From Daphnia carinata (lineage: Eukaryota), in assembly GCF_022539665.2 (NCBI RefSeq), contig NC_081331.1:13268001-13332000 (forward strand): DNA of 64,000 bases, written 5' to 3'. Below the pieces are notes generated by a model, which had not been told where the DNA came from, searched no databases, and was given only the letters and a program-made list of their open reading frames with translations. Shown here piece by piece: positions 55,588 to 64,000 of the stretch; the stretch's first letter is position 1, and every line of letters begins with the position of its first letter. The translations under genes were made by a program, and so were the position numbers.

Positions 55588-58500
55588 TTATTCTTGGTGT
55601 TGCATCATATCGTCATCGTCTTCTTCGTCCTCGTCCATTGCCATAGTAGAGTGATTATAGAGGCCCTGGGCCATGAGCTGCAGTGCCAACGGGTTCTTTT
55701 GTCCTGAAGCCTTTTTAATCTTCGCTCTCTTGTTTTGAAACCAAATCTTGATTTGATTCTCGTGTAGTTGCAGCTCACGCGCAAGATCTTGGCGGCGTTT
55801 CTCCGTTAGGTAGCGGTTTTCCGTGAACTCGGTTTTTAACCGGGCCAATTGCTCCGAGGTGAAGGCCGTCCTTGGGCGCTTTTCTTCAGCCTTGCGGTCT
55901 TTCTTTGTCCGTATCCGACGTGCCCTAGGACCTATATACATAAATTTATTCGACCAATTCTTCACTCCAATTGCAGCGTATCCAATTGGCAACGACATTT
56001 CATACAAAGCATTGGAACGAGAAAACGCATCCATTTCGTATACACAGAGAGGTGGGGGATGTCATCCTACTGGAATATCAATTGCTTATCATATTGTTAT
56101 CAATCAATTTGAACGGTGATAATTTAAAAGGCGTTGAAAGCGTCAACCTCGATATCACGAAAGATTTACATTCCAATTTTTAATATGACGTATGAAACTT
56201 TTATGACGACTCCAACAATGTGTCCCTTTCTATAGGATATTGTGCAACGATAGATCCGCCTTAAAAGAAATCGTTATCCGGCGAAAAATCCCGTAATGAC
56301 GTCTACAGCTGCTAATTTTTCTATTTATTGCGCAGTCAATTTCCATTGCTCAATTATCTTTTTTAGCTGAAAGATTCGATTAGTTGCCCAATTCGTAATA
56401 GAGTCATAGCCGTAGTTCTGCGAACGTAAATACTCCGCTTAAATGGTGGTGAACGCGACAAGAGGACAGCGGGAAAACTCAACGGGAGGCCATAAAGTCG
56501 GACCCGTTAGCTGCTTTTTTTTTAATTTCTGTATCTATCTTGCTCATGTGTTTTACCGCGTCCGAGATGCTGATTGCTCGATCTAGCTCGGTGGAACGGT
56601 ATAGGACTCAATTTCTAACTCCATTGCGTGTGTACAGCTTTATCGGATGCCTGGACAAAATGATTAACTCTGGACTAATGAATTCGTTTGGGAATGTAAT
56701 GGGACTTTGATATCGAAGCCCCGCTGTTAGCGTCCTTCTAGTTGTTTAATCTTTCCGTATATGTGTAATGACCCAATCTCTCTCTCTCTCTCTCTAATTG
56801 CAGAGCCATTTCCTCTTCGTTTGTAATAACTTTATCACGACTACCTTAACGAACTCGAATTACTTTTTCATATCCCCTGTTGCCCAAGCGTTCTCATTCT
56901 CAAGGCCACACACATAAACAACACATTCGTGTGTCTGCATGTATATGTAACGATGCAATCGTGCCCTACCTGAAAGCACACCTTATAGACCTAGCAACAA
57001 CAGCCGCAATCGTCCGTTAGCCACAAAACGAGTTTCGCAACCGACTTGATACAGATCCGTTTACGCTTTTGCTGTAATGCTACACGACACACGAAGTTAC
57101 TTTGCTTATGTACGGCATAGAAATGGGAGAAAATGAGACGTTTAGTTTAACCAGAAAACTCCCGTTGTTCAAACTCATTATGCTCATTAATTACCGATGA
57201 GTTGCAAACAGTCTTATATCAACCTCACTGATAGCGGAAATGATGGATGACATAGCCATCCGTGCTCCGGCAGAGCTGAATCTAATGAAATGCAGTTCAA
57301 TGGTACTGATCGAATGACAACGCAAAAATAAAATAAAAAAAATTCTAATAATAAAATAAAGGGAAAAAAAAATGAAATTTCTCGAAGTGTGAAAAAAGAA
57401 ATATTTTGTGGACTATACAGACGGAAGAAAAAGAGGAAATGACTAGATTAAAGCTGGCCTTGTTGCTTGCGCACAGAGTAACTAAATGTGGAAGACCACC
57501 CAACTGGTGCACAGCAGTGACGGTGGCGCACAATCAAATAAATAGTATAGGGAAAAGCAAAAGAAGAAGAGGGGAGCTATAGAACTTTACAATTACAGGT
57601 GACAGCGTCGTGGGCGCCGTGGCCGCCACGCGGGGCCAAGCGCCACGGGGAACATGACAAAGTGACGTTACCGCACCACTGGGGGGTGGGGGAGGGGGGA
57701 GGCTCGACCGCTTCTTTTTCCTTTTCATATAAACTAAATTATTCCCCAATAGATATTAAAGGAAAAAGAAAAACACTACTGGGAATTTACAAGGAAATTC
57801 GCTCAGCGCGTTCTTCTACACCCGATAGAAGCGAACAAATTCTGCGTATTAAGCGAATGTTTTGAATGCATTGAAATGTTACCTACATTTCTTGTTTTGT
57901 TTATCAATACACATTGTTATATAGAACCTATCACCGTTTTACCTGCGTACTTGAAGGTTTTTTTTTGGCATTTTGAACAGGTAAAACGAGCAATCAGAGG
58001 AATTGGATGAACTGAAATTCACTTACTTCTTCCTGCAAGGAGAGAGAATAAAAGAAAAACATAATTAATTGATCATTCAGGTTCATGTACAACATACGGT
58101 TTTAAGTTACCACATTAGGATAAATCGAATTTGTCTTTGTTTTTACTACTACACCAGAACGAATGCGTTTTCCTCAAAGTATACGTAACGAAAAAAAAGA
58201 GGTTGCGGTGATGACGACATTTTACGAAAATAAAATGATGTCATTTTTCTCGCTTGATATTTTTACGTTATTCTTTTTTTAGAAGGAAACTACTTTAACG
58301 TTTTATAGCCTACCCCCTAGGAGCATACGCACACAATATGGGTGGATGTCTCGACACTGAAATCGTTCTATACCATCTCTAAAGGGAGAGCGGAGTTGAA
58401 AACTGGGGAGCCAAATATTTGTGGTATGGCTGCCCCCTCATTCGAATATTTGACATCTTTTGAATGTTGAACGCCTAGCCATTCATTATCGCCATGCTCA

Positions 58501-61500
58501 ACATTTTGTCAGGACAATTTTCTAAGACTTCCTGTCTTTACAAGAAACGGTGATTATAAGGAGAGAAAGAAAATCTATAAATAAAAGAGGCTAAATAACG
58601 TAGACACGATGCTGTTAGGTTCTTAGTGGTTAACTTTGTAACAGGCTGCCGGCATTGCTAACAAATATCATTAAAGCGAAAAGCAGGGGGTTATTCACGT
58701 ATAATAAAAAATAAAGGAATGTGTTACGGAAAGTCTGGGTTTGTTTGATCAATTTCTAGTCCAAGACAAATTCTGTACATGCGTTTGCAATTCATTTATC
58801 GGTTAAATTCCCACGAAACCAAAAGTGTGGTTCTGCTGGCTGTTGCGCTTACATTTCACAACAACAAAAGAGACCTACCGCATCGGTGTCAACGCAAGAG
58901 TACTGTTGCCATTTGTTGCTATAGCATGACAATGACCGTCTATATAAACTAGTAATGCCATGCAAATGAAACTAGCGCCGAGCGTTTGCTTCTATATAGG
59001 GCTAAGGCTGTATGTAGTTCAATAAATATAAGAAACTGCAGCAGAAAAAAGTACGTGCTCCGCCGAGCGTGAATTACATCTAAACAACGATCGCTTTTGT
59101 GTCAACTGGAGAGCAGTTGGGTGAAAGAGTGGGAGGTCCAACACACAGTAATCACTCACCGAATAAAAGTGGGAGGTAAACAATTAAAATCTTTGGAGCA
59201 AAACAACTGATGGTCTCATTAAGAAACGAACGCACGCGCACACCGGTTTCTATTAAATTAAATCTCTTTTAAAACGAAAGGCAAACTGTAAAGAAAAAAA
59301 AGGCTTTCATACAAAATGTGAAGAATGCCAATAATGGCACCTTCTATATAGCTGTGGGGCTTTTAAGTTGAGCCTGTAAAAAGGTACCACCTAGGTAACG
59401 CAGTCAACTTCATGGTCCCGTGAACGTTAATTCATCAGCATGAGACAATTGAGTTTCATTCTGTTGCAGCCCTTACAATCATTTATTGTTGAATTGCTGT
59501 GTTGTTTTATCAGCAGCTAATGGTCAAACGATTTCCGGTTCTCATTCAAAACTTTCCAGAAGCATTTCGAATGGAATCACTCAACCTTAGACTTGAACAA
59601 ATGATTCAAACAGAAGCTAAATTTTTTCTTTAGCTAAAAGGTGGGGAGGAAGGCTTGAATAAAATCTACACGCAGAAGAGACCACCAATCAAGAGCAGTT
59701 CTGGCACTTGATCTTTCATTGCCTGTGCATCAAGCATATACGTAACTACGCATGGTTTCCGATGCCGAGGACATGATTCCTACGTCAAACAAGTCCTTAA
59801 GTATGGAGGGAGGTTGGGACAAATGATTTGTTTAATCGCCAAAAAGCAACATCGAACCGGAAAAGATGGATTGCGTCATTGATAGAAAAGTATTTCAGAC
59901 TGCCTTGTGCCATAATGATGTTTTGGCTCGTTTCCACTTTCGAACCCACAGTGGCCCGTGCAAGGTCGAACATTAGTAGATATTTTGGATCTAAATTGAA
60001 CTAGGCCCTAATTGATTCTTTCCAAGTGGCCTTGGTTGAACGCTATAAAAATAGTTTACAGCAGTTTAATGTTCACGACACCGATTCGTGTGTAGAATCT
60101 GGTCAAAATCCTGTTCTATTCTCTATCCTTGCCGTGACAATAAATTGATTTTATAATGCTGCATAAATAGGTTTTTTGTTTTTCGTCCGTTGAGAAATGT
60201 ATGGAGCGTGTTGAGTATTTAATTGGAAGCGACACGGGAGTCCGACCGTCTCTCCAGGCTGAGCTTTGGCAGAACACCACCGACTAGTCTTTGTCGGTTT
60301 CTGTTGCCCCTTCTCTTCCTTTTCTTGGCCACCCTCTTTCCGTTCGTCATAGTCTACATAGCACGTTCCTCTCTCCAGGCTACGTCTCTAATGCGCCATA
60401 ATAAACGCTTTGTCATCTCTAAAAAAATCTATTCATGAATTGTAAAGCTACCAACACCTGGATCCAGATAATCATTACTAAACGGACGCTTGCGCATGAT
60501 TTTTGACCTTATCTGGAAAACAATTTTTTTTGTGTGTAATGTTTTCCACCACGCGTGGCTATCATTAATTACTTGTATCAATTATCTTCTTTTCAATAGC
60601 ACAGTTGTCGATAGCCCTCGCATTTCATTTTTCTTTATACAAAATGCTTTTGATGTTCTGGGGCTTTCAAATCTTGGCCATAAGAGAAAATTCCTATCGT
60701 TTCCCTCTGGCATCAAAGTACAGACGGTGTCTTATATATTTTTGTAAAACTTTCCTTATTGATTAAATGCTACATGACTACCTTGAGAATGCCGCAATTG
60801 CAATTCTGCATATATATACGAAGTAAGGAGTAATCGCAAAGACTGAAATGGAAATGTTTCCCAATTAAGGGGGAAACAATGCAATACGATAGATCCTTTT
60901 TTGCTTATTCCATTATAATTTGTTATGTTCACGTTGTCGTAATGTAAGTTTGCTATACAACATGCAATATCAGATTGTGTTGCAATGAACAGGCACTCCA
61001 ACAACTGACGCAAAAAAAAGGACCTGACTTCCGAATGTATTTAATAGGTACTGTAGATGAAAAATTGGTTGCTATAATAGAGATGTACACTTCTAAAAAT
61101 TCCTTTTTCTTGTATAGTAACATATCTTGTGTTTGCATTTGAAAAAGCCATGTGTACGTATCGCCGCTAAACGCAAAAAAATCTCTTTCAAGATGAACCG
61201 GATTTCACAGCCACTTCTAAAAGTAGCGCCTAAGATATGAAAAAGAACACATAACTAGGGAAGCTCACGGCAACAGCTGTTGGCAATAAATCAAGTCTTT
61301 TTATCGAAACATGTTACTTGTCAAAATTTTGGAATTGAATGAAATCTTTTAGGCAAGAGCGTAAGCCCAAGAGAAGAAAAAGAAAATGTTTGACGCGGAT
61401 AAAGTGAGGCAACCCGAGTTGAATGAATGAGAATCTTTAAAAAGGTCGATCTTAACGATAATTCAAAGCCCCTACATTCAGTGTACACACATGTAACGTA

Positions 61501-64000
61501 CCGCACGACCAGCACAAGTCGCGGCGTGTAACTAGAACCTCTGTTTCTCCCCTCTTGAAGGGTGCTGGTAGATTTAATCATGTTGTCATATTTCGGAGAA
61601 GAAGTTGGGCCTTGAACAATAGGACATGCATGGCCACCATCAACTTTCACTAGAACATCATTCGAGCCGTGTCGCCTTTTCTTAAGCTATACACCTCATG
61701 CTCTATTGTGGATATTAATAGAAATCACCCAATGGCTGTGCAAGTGCAACAGAAAGCTAATTGCGCTTACGATGCGGAGTGAGGTATTCTAGTGACATAA
61801 GAGTTTCAAAGCAAAGGGGAAATGAAAACAAGTTTATCTTTATTTTCTTGTCCGTGAACTCATGTTCCGTGAAGTGACACACATTTAGCCACGAAATTCA
61901 CGAGCTGTAAAAGTTGAAATAATTCTATATAAACTTTGGGGGTTGATTAACGGTTCGTAAAAAACAAAAGTTTTACGACACCAGATGACACGGCACAATA
62001 AATTTGCCATCACGTAATTTTTGGGCGGATGTTATGTAAACAGACACTAAAAAAAAAGAAACAACCGAAAAGTTCCTTTAAAAAGAAACACCCTTCGTTG
62101 GGCAAACTTTTTAAAGACACCGTCGTCTTTTTACATAAAAAACATGTTCTACATAAGTAATGGAACGAAACTAGAAGATCGATTGTTCTGCATTTGTGAA
62201 ATTTGCAAAACCATCATCAACTTTCTGAGGCCTTATTTTATATCCTCCTCATTTTCGGATACATTTGAACCTTATAGGCCGCCCCTTAACTGATGGTTTT
62301 AGTAAATTGTGCGTTATTTTACATGATACGTTCACATAAAATAACCTTTCATCTGTCGTAAAGTACAAATGAATTCCATGAGACCAATGTGGGGAACTAT
62401 CGGTCTATGGTTAATGGTTTGCGCTTATAACTGTGTTAGTTAAAACTGTTAAAGGATTGTTACCGGAAGATGGGCGGTCGGAATATCGGGTGCAGTACAC
62501 CCAAGCTGGCCAGAGAGCTTCCTTGTCGCCGCCGCTTCCTCCTGATGACGATGTCTGCTGTTGATTGGCGCTTCCCCCGCTGGAGCCACCACCAGACGCA
62601 AGTTCGTTGTTGCCGACGGAACAAGTCGATCCACCAACCTGATGCGCATCAACAACGAAACAACTGATTAGCTATCTTACAATACAATGGATATTGAAAT
62701 CTGCCTTTATCTCAAAGCCGCTATTCTGTACAACTACAATTAAGGGGCCTATCGCCTTTTGCATTGCAATCACATAAGTGTCTTATGCTTTTTCTATACG
62801 GCAAATTTAACATGCAGTTTATTAGCAAAGATTTCCTAGAAAGGGAGAGCCCCGAGGCTTAATGAGACGGTGGTTTGACTGATCAGTGTTGAAAGTGATC
62901 TAATCAGTATACATTAATCAAAAGTAGGTGTGTACAATCGATCCTCATCGCTTGTTCCAAAAATAATTCATTCCTGATTGAATTCATGGCGCGAATCGAA
63001 AGAGAAAATAGAGCTTACGGAGACGGATCGAACCGGACTAGCAGACGAGTTATCATCGGCGCTACTTGAGTGAAGTGACGGGCTTTCTTGAGACGCTGAC
63101 TGTTTCTCGGGCACCAGTCCCGCACATAGTCGATGGCCGGGATCCGGAGGCGACGCCGAATTGCGAACACTCAGATCGATAGCTTTGCTTCCGGTCGGTT
63201 GATGGTGTCCCTTATGCAATTGCTGAGTTTTGGCCTTGGCGCTGGCAGCGGCGGTTGCCGATGCTAACGCAGTAAGAGGATGAGACGCCGCTTGCCGGTT
63301 GTCATGAGATCGGCCGGTGAGCGCACCACCAGACGGCGTTGGCTGGTGGGGTAACCAGTTCTTATGATTAGCACCGCCAAGATACTTGTCTGTGCAGCTT
63401 TCGACTAGATTCAGCGTAGTCGGGTGATGCTGCGCTTGATGAGCGAGCAACATGCTGTTGAGCGGATGCGGATGCGTGATTGCTTGCGCCACAGAGGCAT
63501 TATGAGCCGCCAGATGGTGTTGATGATAGTCAATTGATGAACCAGCAGCAGCAGTGGCAGCGAGGATCATTTGGCGTGCCGCAGCCAAGAACGGCAACTG
63601 ATGAAAAGCTCCCAAGAAACTTCCAGCAGCACTCGCAGAGGAATTCAACTGCTGCTGCTGCTGAATCAGCTGATGGTGATGCGTGTGAAACGCCACGGCC
63701 GCGGCCGATTCTGCCGGGTTCATCCGACCGAACTCCGGATTGAGGATATTGTCAATTGAGAATTTGATTATGTTCGCGGCTGATGCAACTGAGTCTTTAT
63801 CGTCTTCGGAAATTCCATTCATGTCGCGGTTTTCATCTTTGAGACTTTCAGGTGAAGCGAATTCATCGCCCGAGTGTTGATCCGCTGGTGGAGGAGTAGT
63901 TCCGCCGACACTTAGCTCTTCATCTGATACCAGGTTATCCGACTGATGATCACTTAAATTGTTGCTCTTGTAGTGTCTCAAACTATGATGACGAATCACG
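55588..64000 (-). CDS. inv: Invected-like engrailed-family homeodomain protein (5' end lies beyond the window)
   Basis: Exons >64000-63019 (donor TCC|GTAAGC), 62638-62464, microexon 58032-58027 and 55931-55588. Motifs: DEELSVG (63924-63904), EH1 [12 protein letters not shown] (from 63762), EH2 [22 protein letters not shown], homeodomain [21 protein letters not shown]...[13 protein letters not shown]5 [15 protein letters not shown]. The frame is open to the window edge. Confidence 0.92.
57494..57502 (+). promoter_or_regulatory. Perfect Ci/Gli consensus site in an inv intron
   Basis: Exact GACCACCCA. Confidence 0.5.
58027..58032 (-). other. inv: 6-nt RS microexon of invected
   Basis: Minus strand reads TTTTCTTTTATTCTCTCTCCTTGCAG|GAAGAA|GTAAGT: polypyrimidine tract, CAG acceptor and consensus donor. 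Inclusion gives G|GA AGA A|GT = Gly-Arg-Ser between RPSS and PR. Confidence 0.9.

Noticed and set aside
55932..56034. N-terminal part of ORF 56034-55588
   Set aside because: Intron read-through; the acceptor TATAG|GTCCT at 55931 restores EH2.
30583..60718. TCF/Pangolin sites (CTTTGAT/ATCAAAG) as evidence of Wingless input
   Set aside because: The number seen is about what a 7-mer gives by chance in AT-rich DNA.
62968..63018. C-terminus of ORF 63999-62968 as a separate gene
   Set aside because: The donor TCC|GTAAGC at 63018 splices in frame to the EH2 exon at 62638.

Overview
Eukaryotic, intron-rich arthropod DNA. The many ~60-nt introns, homopolymer-rich intergenic DNA and engrailed-family proteins suggest a branchiopod crustacean such as Daphnia; this is inference. 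From left to right: (1) a complete 19-exon THOC2 gene (+, 595-7228), with one oversized intron that may hide a stop-containing alternative exon; (2) a degenerate MITE-like patch; (3) a 3-exon gene for a secreted 146-aa protein (-, 9808-9191) that the ORF track shows only in part, with IL-17-like cystine-knot motifs, a TATA box and two NF-kB-like sites; (4) RpL23 (-, 11554-10704) with an intronic H/ACA snoRNA candidate; (5) about 32 kb without recognisable genes; (6) a tail-to-tail pair of engrailed-family genes. The first is engrailed-like (+, 44275-49482). The second is invected-like (-, >64000-55588), with the LSVG motif and a 6-nt RS microexon at 58032-58027. Five perfect Ci/Gli sites (GACCACCCA) lie across the en/inv locus. 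All gene models were assembled by hand from GT-AG boundaries and reading-frame continuity; no database searches were run.
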